64,000 nucleotides of DNA from Candidatus Micrarchaeota archaeon (GCA_021850625.1 JAJZLJ010000023.1:10219-74218), one strand, 5' to 3'. Counted from the first letter of the stretch, positions 40,486 to 51,758 are shown. Notes: generated by a model from the sequence alone, not told the origin. A program made the numbers and translations.

Positions 40486-41058
40486 GTGCTTTTACTGGAA
40501 GCAATAATTATCTCCGGATTTCCTGCATCTGGAAAAACAACAATAGCTGCATTATTGGCAAAGAAACTCAATGTTTCTTCAATAGGCGGAGGAGACATAC
40601 TAAAAGAAATGGCGGCAGAACGCGGCTATATTCCTGGAGGAAATGATTGGTGGGATACTAAAGATGGACTTAAGTTTCTAAAAGAACGAGAGAGAAATTC
40701 AGAGTTTGATAAAGAAGCAGATACAAAAATGGAGAAGAAGATAAGGGATGGAAATATAGTTGTAACAAGCTATACCGCTCCGTGGCTTTTCAATATGGGT
40801 TTTAAGGTATGGTTAGATGCGAGTCATGATAAAAGAACAGAGCGCATGTCAAAACGTGATGGCACAGCTCAAAAGGATACTGCGGAAATAGTAACAAAAC
40901 GTGAAAAAGAGAACCATAAACTTTACATGAGTCTTTATAAGATAGATTTTGGGGTAGACAAGGAGCCATTTGATCTTATATTAAATACTGACAATAAAAC
41001 ACCTGAGGAAATCTCAGAACTTATACTAACTAAATTTAAAGAAAAAAATAAAAATTAG
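40486..41058 (+). CDS. cmk: Cytidylate kinase (archaeal)
   Basis: SGFPASGKTT; position between L34e and L14e. Confidence 0.9.
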   Translation: MLLLEAIIISGFPASGKTTIAALLAKKLNVSSIGGGDILKEMAAERGYIPGGNDWWDTKDGLKFLKERERNSEFDKEADTKMEKKIRDGNIVVTSYTAPWLFNMGFKVWLDASHDKRTERMSKRDGTAQKDTAEIVTKREKENHKLYMSLYKIDFGVDKEPFDLILNTDNKTPEEISELILTKFKEKNKN

Positions 41059-41065
41059 TGATCTT

Positions 41066-41317
41066 ATGACATTATTAGAAGAAGGAAGGGTATGTGTGAA
41101 GAGATTGGGAAGAGACGCTGGAGATAAAGCAGTTATAACGAAGGTAATAGACAGGAACTTTGTTATGATAATGAGCCATTCCAGACACAAGCAAAGAAGA
41201 TGCAATGTAAAACACTTAGAGTTTCTCAACGAGAAGATAGACCACAACAACAAGGAGCAGGTAAACTCTCTTCTTGAGATAAGAGAAAGAAAAGAAGCAC
41301 CAAAATCAAAGAAATAA
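41066..41317 (+). CDS. rpl14e: 50S ribosomal protein L14e
   Basis: GRVCVKRLGRDAG..RRCNVKHLE. Confidence 0.95.
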   Translation: MTLLEEGRVCVKRLGRDAGDKAVITKVIDRNFVMIMSHSRHKQRRCNVKHLEFLNEKIDHNNKEQVNSLLEIRERKEAPKSKK

Positions 41318-41427
41318 ATAGAATATACCTTGTTAGAAGAGCAAACTGCAGATAACCAGAAAAAAAGTGTGCTTGTTGCAAAGGCGTTTGAATTGGATAT
41401 TAAGCCAGAAGTTTAGGTCTGATTTGT

Positions 41428-41937
41428 ATGAAAGTAATTATTTATATGGCGATAAGTGCTAATGGAATGATAGCTAAAAGCGATGATAATACCAGTTGGA
41501 TTTCAAAAAAGGAATGGTATAATTATATTTTAATTACAAGGAAGGCAGGGAATCTAATTGTTGGTCGTAGAACATACAATATACTCACAAAACAACCAGA
41601 ATTTTCAGAATTCAAAAATGTAAAACTTGTAGTTGTGTCTAAAAATAACAAGCCAAAAATTATAGCATCTAATCATTTTATAGTTTCAAAACCAAAAGAG
41701 GCACTTAAACTCTTGAAGAACTTTAAAGAAGTAATCGTTGCTGGTGGCGGAATTCTAAATAAATCTTTTATAAAAGAAGGTTTAGTTGATGAAATTTACC
41801 TTGATATTGAACCAATTATGCTTGGTAAAGGAATAAGCCTTTTTAGAGAAGAAAACTTTGAAACAAAACTTGAACTACTAAATACCAAAAAAATATCTAA
41901 AAATGAAATCCAATTACATTACAAAATCAAAAAGTAG
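41428..41937 (+). CDS. Dihydrofolate reductase/RibD C-terminal family protein
   Basis: MAISANGMIA, GRRTY, AGGG, LVDEIYL..P..LGKG. Confidence 0.9.
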   Translation: MKVIIYMAISANGMIAKSDDNTSWISKKEWYNYILITRKAGNLIVGRRTYNILTKQPEFSEFKNVKLVVVSKNNKPKIIASNHFIVSKPKEALKLLKNFKEVIVAGGGILNKSFIKEGLVDEIYLDIEPIMLGKGISLFREENFETKLELLNTKKISKNEIQLHYKIKK

Positions 41938-42102
41938 CAATATCCCTACCTCGATATTCTAATCTATAAGAATAGACATATTTATTTTGTGTTTGAATTT
42001 GCCCTTTGCTTTCCAATCAGAAAGTTTTTGTGTTATCTTGCCTACAAATTTTGTTTTTATCTTTAATTCTGTGAGCACTCAATCTTTGGGATTATATATA
42101 GA

Positions 42103-42780
42103 CTAAGGATTTTGAACATTTTTTATTATAAAATGGGAGATCAACTCTATTGCTTTATTAAAATCTTCCTTTTTAGTATAACGGTGATCAGCACCCTCGA
42201 TAATCTCTATTTTGCTATTTTTGATATTCTTAGCTAATTCATAGCCTAATTCTATTTCTACATCTACGTCCGCCTTACCATGTACTATTAGGGTTGGTAC
42301 ATTTATGGTTTTAGCTGCCTCAAACCAGCTCTTTGTTTCAAAGTCAGTCTTATAGTTTGTCATGGTTCTAGAAGTTTTGCCCATTCCTGGAGATTTTAGT
42401 GCCATAAATTTTAAGTCCTTAGTCTTTGAAGCTGCAATTACTGCGGCTAAACCACCAAAACTTGACCCCACAATTCCAATATCTTTATACCCATTAGATT
42501 TCAGATAAGAAATTGCACTAAGTATATCATCGACAAATTCAGCAACAGTCCTATCATCAATATCTCCATCACTTTCTCCGTGAGCAAAGAAATCAAAACG
42601 TAATGTAGCAATTCTGTTCTGCGTTAAAACCTTATTTAGAGCTGTATTGGTACTGCTCTCTTTATCAGAATTTAATCCGTGACATAATATCACTATTGGT
42701 AATTTTACTTCTGAAGGATTAGACAATACGCCTGACAGTTTGACCCAATTAGAATCCTTAAATTGTAGTTTATTCTCCAT
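42103..42780 (-). CDS. Alpha/beta hydrolase
   Basis: HG, RFDF..HGESDG, GSSFGG, HGKAD, GADH. Confidence 0.9.
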   Translation of the reverse strand: MENKLQFKDSNWVKLSGVLSNPSEVKLPIVILCHGLNSDKESSTNTALNKVLTQNRIATLRFDFFAHGESDGDIDDRTVAEFVDDILSAISYLKSNGYKDIGIVGSSFGGLAAVIAASKTKDLKFMALKSPGMGKTSRTMTNYKTDFETKSWFEAAKTINVPTLIVHGKADVDVEIELGYELAKNIKNSKIEIIEGADHRYTKKEDFNKAIELISHFIIKNVQNP

Positions 42781-43153
42781 ATTTTCATCTTTTTTGTGTT
42801 TTGATTGATTTTCAAAAATAATTTGTTTTATCATAGTACCATTGAGGTAGCCCTATGCCTTCCCAAGTTTCTACCATATTTAAATTAATGTGTCAAAATA
42901 TATAAAACTGTTCAAAATAGGGGTTCTATATACAACCCAACATTCGATTGGAACAGGTGCAAAAATATACCTCCAAAAAGAGTACATAGGAAAATAAGTA
43001 TACTTAATCGTGACTAATAAGAAGGTTAATTGACGACTTTTGTTCCAGAGTCTGTCTGTTGCAAACATATATATATGTCTTCTTTCATGTTATTGTTGTA
43101 TTTAATTTAGAAAAGTCCATCAGAGTTATTGGTTGGAATATGTCCTGTTATAG

Positions 43154-43549
43154 TTGATTTATATGAAAACAACATCAATTGCTGCGATAATCATTGTAAT
43201 AATAATACTTTTAGTGGCTGCGTATGTGTTATTATCGAATAAAAATCTTTCTAATAATTCTACATTAAATAGTACAACCGGTGCAACTGCGACACCTATA
43301 TCTGCATCAACTTCACCAAAAAGTTCTTCATCATCTAATGCTTTAATCTCTAATCATTCATCAAACACAACTTCTCCACCACCATCACCTCCATCCATAC
43401 CTACAAACACATCAAAAACTAACTCTTCAAAATCATCTTCCAGTACTTCAAAAACTAACTCTTCAACCTCAAACACATTAATCTCTAATCATTCATCAAA
43501 CACAACTCCACCACCATCTCCTCCACCACCACAACAAGTTCCAATATAA
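43154..43549 (+). CDS. Small Ser/Pro-rich membrane-anchored protein
   Basis: N-terminal TM; duplicated LISNHSSNTT..PPPSPP (43343 and 43478). Confidence 0.7.
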   Translation: MIYMKTTSIAAIIIVIIILLVAAYVLLSNKNLSNNSTLNSTTGATATPISASTSPKSSSSSNALISNHSSNTTSPPPSPPSIPTNTSKTNSSKSSSSTSKTNSSTSNTLISNHSSNTTPPPSPPPPQQVPI

Positions 43550-43852
43550 CTTCAACTACGTGGCATAGGACTCTAGTTTATCATTTCATACAGATACATT
43601 TTACTGATAGCTTACGCTAATATTTTACATTACCGATATGCATCTCAATATCTGTAGTAATATTTTGGTGACAAGTTCTTTCTTTAGCGTTATTTTGCGT
43701 AAATCTTTTTATTAACAACATGAGCGGGAAATCTACCTCGGTTACAAGTTGAAGATTCTAACCCAACAAGCTTTAATCTTAGGAAATTATTATTTTCTAA
43801 TCCATAAACACACATTTATAAATTGTTTCTGCGTTATTGTTTTGTTGTTTTT

Positions 43853-45184
43853 ATGAACGTTGAGATAACTGACAAAATCAAAAAAATAATCGAACGCGAT
43901 AAAAAAATAATGCTTACTACAACCAGATCTCCGTATCCTTTTGTTCCAGATACTGGTTCTGGAGAGATAATTACTGATATTTCTGGAAATAATTTTATAG
44001 ATTTTTCTAGTTTTATCTCAGTATATAATCTGGGCATAAATGGAAACAAGGAAATACGCAAAGCAATAAAGGAACAAACAGATAAATTAATTCATGGGGC
44101 CTTTACTGATTATTACGCTGAGCCTCCTGTTATTTTTGCTGAAAAACTAATGAGCATGTTTCCCAAAGGCTTTGGGAAACTCTTCTTTTCTAATTCTGGA
44201 ACTGAGGCAAACGAAGCCGCATTGAAATTTTCTAAATTATTTACTAAACGACAGTATGTACTTTCGTTTTACAGCGCATTTCATGGAAGAACAATGGGCT
44301 CTTTAGGGCTTAGTGCATCTAAATCATCGCAGAGGGAATACTTCGGGCCATTTAACTCAAACATACACGTGCCTTATGCCTATTGTTATAGATGCCCATT
44401 TGGAAAGGAGTATCCTTCATGTGGAATGGCATGCGTTGATTATACAAAAAAGAATGTTCTTCAAAAAGAAACAAGTGGAAAGGAAATATCGGCAATTTTC
44501 ATAGAGCCTATACAAGGGGAGGGCGGTTATATAGTGCCACCAAAAGAATTTGTTGTAGAGATTAGAAAGCTTGCAGATGACAACGGAATACTTTTGGTTG
44601 CAGATGAGGTTCAAAGCGGATATATGCGAACAGGAAAATTTTTGGCATTAGATAATTTTAATGTAGAAGCAGATATCTATACAATGGCAAAGTCAATAGC
44701 GTGCGGTCTTCCGATGGGTGTCACTATAACCAGAAGTTCTCTAGGGGATATTCCTGCAGGATCTCATGCTAATACTTTTGGAGGAAATCTTGTTGCTAGC
44801 GCAGCAGCAACTGCCTCTTTAGAATATCTAAAAAAGCATCTTTCTGAAATAAAATCTAACATAGAAACAAGCTCTAAAATAATCATGCATAGACTTAATG
44901 AATTAAAACAAAGATACGAAATAATAGGCGATGTGCGCGGCATAGGCTTAATGATTGGAATAGAGCTTGTCAAAGATAGAAAAACAAAAGAGCCTGCAAT
45001 AGCAGAACGTGAGACTATTCTCAAAAACTGTTTTGAAAATGGTCTTATATTACTTCCAGCTGGCGTCTCGACGATAAGAATAATTCCACCACTTACAATC
45101 TCAAGAAAAACGCTCGAAGATGGTTTAGATATTTTTGAATCAGCAATAATTACTGGCAACAAAAAGCTACATAAATCTACTTAG
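43853..45184 (+). CDS. Class III aminotransferase (4-aminobutyrate/acetylornithine type)
   Basis: NSGTEANE, FHGRT, EPIQGEGG, DEVQSG, AKS. Confidence 0.93.
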   Translation: MNVEITDKIKKIIERDKKIMLTTTRSPYPFVPDTGSGEIITDISGNNFIDFSSFISVYNLGINGNKEIRKAIKEQTDKLIHGAFTDYYAEPPVIFAEKLMSMFPKGFGKLFFSNSGTEANEAALKFSKLFTKRQYVLSFYSAFHGRTMGSLGLSASKSSQREYFGPFNSNIHVPYAYCYRCPFGKEYPSCGMACVDYTKKNVLQKETSGKEISAIFIEPIQGEGGYIVPPKEFVVEIRKLADDNGILLVADEVQSGYMRTGKFLALDNFNVEADIYTMAKSIACGLPMGVTITRSSLGDIPAGSHANTFGGNLVASAAATASLEYLKKHLSEIKSNIETSSKIIMHRLNELKQRYEIIGDVRGIGLMIGIELVKDRKTKEPAIAERETILKNCFENGLILLPAGVSTIRIIPPLTISRKTLEDGLDIFESAIITGNKKLHKST

Positions 45185-48100
45185 ATTAAACTGCTTTACT
45201 GCATTGCTGTTTATTCCCTCGCCTATAAACAACTCAGCTATCTCTTCTTTAACAAGCCTAAGCCTTTGCTTTATATACGGATCTAAATCATATCTATCCG
45301 CTAAATTTATAGCCATCTCAAGATATTTTTCTATTCCGCCTTTAGATATAGTCAAGAGCAGTTTACCTCCGTCCTTAGTACACTTGCCAGAAAGCGGAAT
45401 GCGCCTATACTTTGCATTGCAGCTTGAGCATCGTAGCACCTGCTTTGAGAATGAATGAAGATTTCCTATAAGATCTGGTATGAAATGGCTTGTTATTACT
45501 CTTCTAGCAGCATCTTTCTTGTTTATGGCATATATTTTATCCATTAATGCAAACTCTGCGTTAACCTTATCCTGCATTGTCTTGAGTTGTGTATACAATG
45601 TTCTTTTTGGCGAGTTAGCTATTGCATTAAATGAGCTGTGATGTGTGAAATAGATCTCCTCTGCTGGCTTATTAGTATTTATCTTATCTACAACCCGTTG
45701 CATCTTTACCTCTGAAGGGCTTGCATAAGAAAAGCTTTTCTCATATAACTCTATAGGATATTGTTCAACTGTTTCCATAGTGTGGACTTCATCATCAACC
45801 TCCTCCACCTTCACATTAACTGTTAATATAAGTGGGGTATCCATAGTTCCGCCTACTGTAACTGGGAGAAATTCCTTGGAGAAGTTTATCAACGCATCAA
45901 GTAGGAGCATAGTTGTATCCTCGTCACCATCACAGTTTCTTCTTCTTGCACATATTGTATATGGGTGTGCAAAACCTACGACAGCGTCAGTAAATCCTAT
46001 TATCCTTCCTAATACTGCGCAAGAGGTATGTGGGGCGAGCGTGATTACCTGTTTGCCTATCATGTCATTTATGCTATTTGCGTTGTAGTATCTCTCCATA
46101 CCATACAACTCTTCAAGCATCTGATCTACAAACCTAGAAACCTTCAGTAGATAGTCTGCACCTCTCCTATTCAATATAACATCTTGGTGTTTAAGCTCTA
46201 CTAATTGTTCCTCACTTACAAGCTCATTGCCTTTGTAATCCTTATCATATCCAAGTTCTTTTAATCGTTGAATACCAACCCCAATTTCTATTGGATAGAA
46301 ATGTGTTATCGGTACATCTGTAGCATCAAAACGTGCAGTACCATCTTTAAAAATATAGACATTATTTCTAGCTCTAAGTATGCCTTTTTCCAAAGGCTCA
46401 ATTATTTTGTCCTTATTAGAAAGTCCCTTCACACCCTTTATTACCTGCGGAAGCTTATTTATCTTTAATTTTCTCATACTGTTGTTTACTACATTAACCA
46501 AATCTATATTTTTCTCTACAAACGCCTCTGTTTTTACATTACATTTACTACAAAGCTTTTCGTTTGTAATGGTATTGCATTTAGGGCACTTTCTTTCTAT
46601 AACTGCGCGCACATTGCAATCATAGCAAAATGGAGTATCTATATTTCTTTTACAAATATTGCATCTGTAATTTGCAATCTCTACATTCAATCCTGATTTG
46701 AATTTTTTAGAATCTAAGGCATACGCTTTTGTTATATTTTTGTCTTTACTTGCATAAGATCCTATTGGAAATAAAACCGTAACTGCAGGTTTCATAAGCC
46801 TCTCCTTTGCTTTTTCCGGCCTGCCTATCCTACCGCCTAAAAAGGTGGATCTCTTCATTATTTTAAATGGCGCAACTGCATTTACTATCTCAAGCACATC
46901 TGTTTTATCAATATATTTATTCAATACTACTGTATCTTCAACTAGTTTTCCTTCAACACCAGCTGCAAAACCTAAAGAAGCTATAAGACTCTGTCCGTAC
47001 TCTTCATCTATTACAATGATCTTCTTTTCCTCGTCAAGTTTGTGTGGTACGGTTAGAAGCTCCAATGTCCTTTTCAACTCGGCAGTGTTATTCAATCTAA
47101 GTTCTTTAAACTCGAATAATGTTTTTTTGTTTTCATTAATCACAGCTGCTATTTGTTTAGCCAGATTAGTAAGTTGAACTATTCCTATACTATTAAACTC
47201 GAAAAGAAACTTTGGATGCAAAGGAAGTTGTTTTTCAACTGAAAGGATATAAAGGCTCTTAAAATCAGTTTTAAACCCGTCTACAAAACCGCTCTTTCGT
47301 AGTTGAAGTTCCCATAATTCTTCGACATAACTGCTTGGTTGTAATGGCGTATTGGTCTTCTTGAAATCCCCATATGTTATTAAAATGTCTCCAAGAGTTA
47401 TTATCTCCTCTACCTCGTTCTTTAAAAGTGTAGCAGTTCCTGCATCATTAATTCTTAACGCCTCACCACTTTTTAATCTTACAAACGGTCCCTCTATACT
47501 ATCAACCGGAAGAGCAACACAGCCCTTTCCAGGCAGCTCTATCTTAAGCTGTGTTCCTATTGCTATGAAATTATCACATATTATCATGGTAGCCGGACTA
47601 AAGCCCTTAGCAGCTATACCGGTAAATCTGCTTCTTCCATATCTCAAGCGTAAGCCTCCATTTGTTCCTGGATACGATATAACTGGTCTTCCTGCAACAA
47701 GTTCCTCTAAGAAAACAGCAACCCCATCATTTTTCTTATCTTTAGGCCCTTTAAGATCTATTTTTACTAGCTTGCTTAACCAAGGCCAGTCAAGCCCTGC
47801 ATTTTTAGTTTCTTCAATCATCTTCTTTGCCTTCTGGGCTATACCTTCACAACTCACCAGAGCCATTCCTCCACGCACTCTATTTGTTATGGGAATTTCT
47901 TTTCCTTCTCTGTTAAGCCTTGTCATATTGGCATGAACACCAACCTCAATTTCTTCAGTAGGTACTCCATCTATACATATTGGGCAGTTTTCAAAAAGCA
48001 TCCTTATATCATCATCAGACGGCCTATATTGCAGCCTTGCACATCTTGTGTGATAAAGCTCAATCTCCTCTACGGTTCTTTCTATATAATCCTTTGTAGG

Positions 48101-48607
48101 TTTGTAAAGTCCTATTCCGAGTATTTTTCTAGCATGATCTGCAAGAGCTACTGAAAGCGCTGCGCTAGTTCCCCCTGCACCTCGTATGGGACCTGCATAC
48201 ATTACTGATAGGTAATCGCTGCCGTCACTATTTTTAAAAATCTCAACCGCGCTTATTCCTTCTGTAGGAGCAACTAGAACTCCCTCTGTAAGTATTGCAG
48301 TTCCAACCCTTACTGCCAGCTCTATTCTTTTTATCTTTTCATATTTATCATAATTCTTATTCGTGCAGATCTCTCCAACTACCTCAAAAGCAAGTCCACT
48401 TCTGCCTTTGACCCCATATTTACTTCTTATTAATTCTGCAATACCTTCAAGACCTATAAGTCCCTCAACTCGTTTTGCCAGATCTGATGCAGGTATTATC
48501 TCTACCTCGGTTGTAGGGTCAAATCCTATACTTCTCGCCTTTTTAGCAACTTCATAACCTTTCTGAAAATCATTAGAAAGCTGCGCGAAGTATTCTTCAA
48601 GATTCAT
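45167..48607 (-). CDS. polC: DNA polymerase D large subunit DP2
   Basis: TEGVLVAP, GGLRLRYGRSR, RRNCDGDED; C-terminal Zn finger. Confidence 0.97.
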   Translation of the reverse strand: MNLEEYFAQLSNDFQKGYEVAKKARSIGFDPTTEVEIIPASDLAKRVEGLIGLEGIAELIRSKYGVKGRSGLAFEVVGEICTNKNYDKYEKIKRIELAVRVGTAILTEGVLVAPTEGISAVEIFKNSDGSDYLSVMYAGPIRGAGGTSAALSVALADHARKILGIGLYKPTKDYIERTVEEIELYHTRCARLQYRPSDDDIRMLFENCPICIDGVPTEEIEVGVHANMTRLNREGKEIPITNRVRGGMALVSCEGIAQKAKKMIEETKNAGLDWPWLSKLVKIDLKGPKDKKNDGVAVFLEELVAGRPVISYPGTNGGLRLRYGRSRFTGIAAKGFSPATMIICDNFIAIGTQLKIELPGKGCVALPVDSIEGPFVRLKSGEALRINDAGTATLLKNEVEEIITLGDILITYGDFKKTNTPLQPSSYVEELWELQLRKSGFVDGFKTDFKSLYILSVEKQLPLHPKFLFEFNSIGIVQLTNLAKQIAAVINENKKTLFEFKELRLNNTAELKRTLELLTVPHKLDEEKKIIVIDEEYGQSLIASLGFAAGVEGKLVEDTVVLNKYIDKTDVLEIVNAVAPFKIMKRSTFLGGRIGRPEKAKERLMKPAVTVLFPIGSYASKDKNITKAYALDSKKFKSGLNVEIANYRCNICKRNIDTPFCYDCNVRAVIERKCPKCNTITNEKLCSKCNVKTEAFVEKNIDLVNVVNNSMRKLKINKLPQVIKGVKGLSNKDKIIEPLEKGILRARNNVYIFKDGTARFDATDVPITHFYPIEIGVGIQRLKELGYDKDYKGNELVSEEQLVELKHQDVILNRRGADYLLKVSRFVDQMLEELYGMERYYNANSINDMIGKQVITLAPHTSCAVLGRIIGFTDAVVGFAHPYTICARRRNCDGDEDTTMLLLDALINFSKEFLPVTVGGTMDTPLILTVNVKVEEVDDEVHTMETVEQYPIELYEKSFSYASPSEVKMQRVVDKINTNKPAEEIYFTHHSSFNAIANSPKRTLYTQLKTMQDKVNAEFALMDKIYAINKKDAARRVITSHFIPDLIGNLHSFSKQVLRCSSCNAKYRRIPLSGKCTKDGGKLLLTISKGGIEKYLEMAINLADRYDLDPYIKQRLRLVKEEIAELFIGEGINSNAVKQFNLSRFM

Positions 48608-48609
48608 AT

Positions 48610-50115
48610 TTAAAACCCGTTGAACTCAATCTCATTCATAATTCCTGTTTTTGTTTCATATACTGGTAATATCGATGGCGTAGGTAAATGCCCTAATTTT
48701 ATTTGATAATTTGTTCTAGCCTGCCAAGTTCCACTATTAATTATACGTGTTCCATGATATTCCGAGATACCATTTTTATGCACATGCCCCATATGCAATA
48801 TATCTGGTACCTCATTCATAACAAGAGGGTCACTTTTTCCAGGATTTATTGGATTATCTCCATAAATTGGAGAAAAGTGTCTTCTTTTAAGTACCTCAAT
48901 CATTGCCGTTTCTGGTTTAAAATAACTACACCCACTTATATTATGTATAACAGAGTCTAGAGAGGTTCCGTGATAAGCAAGGACCTTAATGCCATTTATC
49001 TCAACGGTAGAAGGACTTGTAAGAAAATTTACATTCTCTTTTTTAAAATCGCCTATTATATCATTGCTAAGTATAGGCTGTGGATCAGCCCTTTGTACTG
49101 CATCATGATTTCCAGGTATAACAAAAATTTTTATGTAATCTGGTATCATTTCTATATATCTAAAAAAAGTTGAGTATTGTTTATAAATGTCTAGAATATT
49201 CAACTCCTTATCCTGTTCTGGATATATGCCTATACCATCTACAATGTCTCCTCCAAAAACAATATACTTTACCTTGGCAGCTATATTTTTCTTATACTCT
49301 ACATTTCCGTTAAGCCACTCTATGAATCGCATAAATTCTTTTTCGAGAAAAAGTTTGCTGCCTACATGTATGTCTGAGGTAAATGCTATGGCAAGATCCT
49401 CTTCTGTTTGTTTTATTTGGTGTATTGGCACATCTGGGAATAATATTAAATTTGCTATTACAAACGGAGAAGAAATTCTGCCCTTTATTGCTATTACCTC
49501 ATCTGTAATTATTTTTTTTGCAGATTCAAAAGCGTCTATCAAATCTTTTCTGCCATTTTTTTCAGGTTTTATAAAAAGTATTTTTGCTGCTCCTTCTTCA
49601 TCTTCTATATTAAGCAATATATTTCCTTTTTTAGTTATTATTTTATCATTTACTATTCCTACGACACTAATCTCCTTTCCATTAGTATATTGAGAAATTT
49701 TATCTGTTGTTATTATCATACCTGTATTTCTTCTATATGAGAGTATTTCCTTAAGTTTCCTAAAACGGTCATTAAAGTAACTGGTAAAATCTCCTATACT
49801 AGTTCCTGTCTTTTCAACGCGTGCAACCTTTATTTTATAATTAGCGTCAACTTCCTTAGCTAAAGATTTGAAAGATAACGGCTGTAAAATCTCAACCACA
49901 TCAGGTTTTTTATCGTCTATGGTCTTCATTATCTCTAATAATTTGTTTCTGTCAAGAATCTTTATCCCTTCTATGCCTTCAAAAGCCCCAACAACTTTTG
50001 AGTATATCTCTTCAATCTCGTATTTCTCAATGTCCTTTTCTGTTATATCGTTTGAAATTATAACTATGCCGTTAAGCCTTGAAGCAAGTTCAGTAAGAGT
50101 TCTTAAATTTTCCAT
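48610..50115 (-). CDS. polB: DNA polymerase D small subunit DP1
   Basis: OB fold; SDIHVGS, GDIVDG, PGNHD, YHG, GHVH. Confidence 0.95.
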   Translation of the reverse strand: MENLRTLTELASRLNGIVIISNDITEKDIEKYEIEEIYSKVVGAFEGIEGIKILDRNKLLEIMKTIDDKKPDVVEILQPLSFKSLAKEVDANYKIKVARVEKTGTSIGDFTSYFNDRFRKLKEILSYRRNTGMIITTDKISQYTNGKEISVVGIVNDKIITKKGNILLNIEDEEGAAKILFIKPEKNGRKDLIDAFESAKKIITDEVIAIKGRISSPFVIANLILFPDVPIHQIKQTEEDLAIAFTSDIHVGSKLFLEKEFMRFIEWLNGNVEYKKNIAAKVKYIVFGGDIVDGIGIYPEQDKELNILDIYKQYSTFFRYIEMIPDYIKIFVIPGNHDAVQRADPQPILSNDIIGDFKKENVNFLTSPSTVEINGIKVLAYHGTSLDSVIHNISGCSYFKPETAMIEVLKRRHFSPIYGDNPINPGKSDPLVMNEVPDILHMGHVHKNGISEYHGTRIINSGTWQARTNYQIKLGHLPTPSILPVYETKTGIMNEIEFNGF

Positions 50116-50383
50116 TTAAATCAATACGGCAAGCAATAGCACTACATTATCTTCAAATTAATATTTAAAAATTATGTAAAATAAAAGGAGATACTGTGCA
50201 TATCTAATTATCTATTTCTTGTTACGCCACTGAAAGTATACATCTATATAATATGAATATGCTTTAACGCAATTTACATAAAATAAACATTAATTTTTAT
50301 TTAAACGATTTGCCACAAAGAAACCTTGTAACTGTGCTTAGAAATATCTTATTAACCTGCTATATGCTCTGAGTTCTTATCAT

Positions 50384-50656
50384 TTATTGATCTTTAATTG
50401 ATTCAAGCATGCTGAGTATATTCCAAATCACTGTCCTTGCGTATGGTGGTAGATTTATATCGTTGCTTATTTCATCTATCTTATACGTCGCGGTAGATGA
50501 TCTGACCGAATAGCTATCTTCCTTCTTTTCAAGCGCTTTCTTTGCTTCATCTATAGCTGCTTTTACATTTCTAGGAACGCTATTGTCGTTCAAAAGTACC
50601 TCTATTTGTTGTTTTATTTGCGTTATTGATTCCTCAAGATTTTTATCTTCTGCCAT
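50384..50656 (-). CDS. UPF0147 family protein
   Basis: DNSVPRNVK..ISNDINLPPYARTVIWNILSMLES. Confidence 0.9.
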   Translation of the reverse strand: MAEDKNLEESITQIKQQIEVLLNDNSVPRNVKAAIDEAKKALEKKEDSYSVRSSTATYKIDEISNDINLPPYARTVIWNILSMLESIKDQ

Positions 50657-50673
50657 ATCTTCACCTATTAAAA

Positions 50674-50771
50674 CGGGCCCGGCGGGATATTCAAAACTAT
50701 TATTAGTTTTTTTGAACCCGCGGCCATCAGATTAGAAGTCTGCCGCTCTATCCAAGCTGAGCTACGGGCCC
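50674..50771 (-). tRNA. tRNA-Arg(TCT) with 23-nt intron at 59/60 (50688-50710)
   Basis: GGGCCCG acceptor, CTTCTAA anticodon loop; T loop interrupted by a complete BHB motif. Confidence 0.93.
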
Positions 50772-50778
50772 TCCTATA

Positions 50779-51552
50779 TCATACACCAAAGTAATCTTTA
50801 ATAGTTTCTGTTATACTATCGCCTATACTGGTTATATCTTTATTCTTTATTTTTGCTATGTTTTCTATAGTTTTAATCACATCACATGGAGTTTTTCCAA
50901 CAGCAGGAAAATCAGTTTCACATACGATACTTTCAAGATCAACTGCAGCAATAACCCTTTTAAATCTAGAAGATTCTAATGGAGGTATTGATATTAAGTA
51001 GCCGTTTTTTTCAATTCTTTTTGCGTCATCTTCATTCCCTTCAAAGAAATGAAACATAGCACTCTTAACTCCTTTTTCAAAAAGAATACTCTCCACACTC
51101 TTTAACATACCTCTTGAATGTATAACTACTGGAATATTTTGCTTTACTGCAATATCTAGTTGTTTTTCAAAACAAAATCTTTGTTTATCTATCGGTACCC
51201 TATCAATTATTTTAGAGTCAAGTCCTATTTCACCAATACCAATTACATTTTTTTCTAACAGCTGTTGAAGTTTATCTATGTTTTCACAGTCATAAAGTGC
51301 GGCTTCGGGCGATATGCCTATAACCTTTAATACTGATTTATGATCAAGTTCAAGCTCTACTACTTTCCTTGAGCTTTCAAAATCAACAGCAGTGTCAATG
51401 AGTAAGCCTACTTTGCATTCTTTAGCTTCACTCAAGGTCTTTTTGGGATTATCAGACATATATAAATGACAATGCGAATCAGAAAACAAGGCTCTATCTA
51501 AATTATCTAGACCTTTACCTTTGATAGTTGAGTATATCTGTTGATTAATCAT
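50779..51552 (-). CDS. tatD: TatD-family DNase
   Basis: DSHCH, IGEIGLD, IHSR, HFF, ETD. Confidence 0.92.
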   Translation of the reverse strand: MINQQIYSTIKGKGLDNLDRALFSDSHCHLYMSDNPKKTLSEAKECKVGLLIDTAVDFESSRKVVELELDHKSVLKVIGISPEAALYDCENIDKLQQLLEKNVIGIGEIGLDSKIIDRVPIDKQRFCFEKQLDIAVKQNIPVVIHSRGMLKSVESILFEKGVKSAMFHFFEGNEDDAKRIEKNGYLISIPPLESSRFKRVIAAVDLESIVCETDFPAVGKTPCDVIKTIENIAKIKNKDITSIGDSITETIKDYFGV

Positions 51553-51758
51553 AATTTTCCCATATTTAATTATTATTATTCTATTTATTATTATATTGTG
51601 GTTATATTTTATTGTTATTATCTTTTTTACGACATGAGGCATTATTGGAGCATAAATAACTCAAATAACCCACCTAATTTAATAGTATGGTTTTATATAT
51701 TAAAAAAATCATAATATATGCTACTTAAAAGGTATTATTTATATATGGTGTAAGTTCG

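Noticed and set aside
43720..43762. Possible further IS right end (GGGAAATCTACC..GAAGATTCTAAC)
   Set aside because: Hairpin and similarity too weak to support
45167..48607. Intein in DP2
   Set aside because: Length and continuous motifs fit an intein-free subunit
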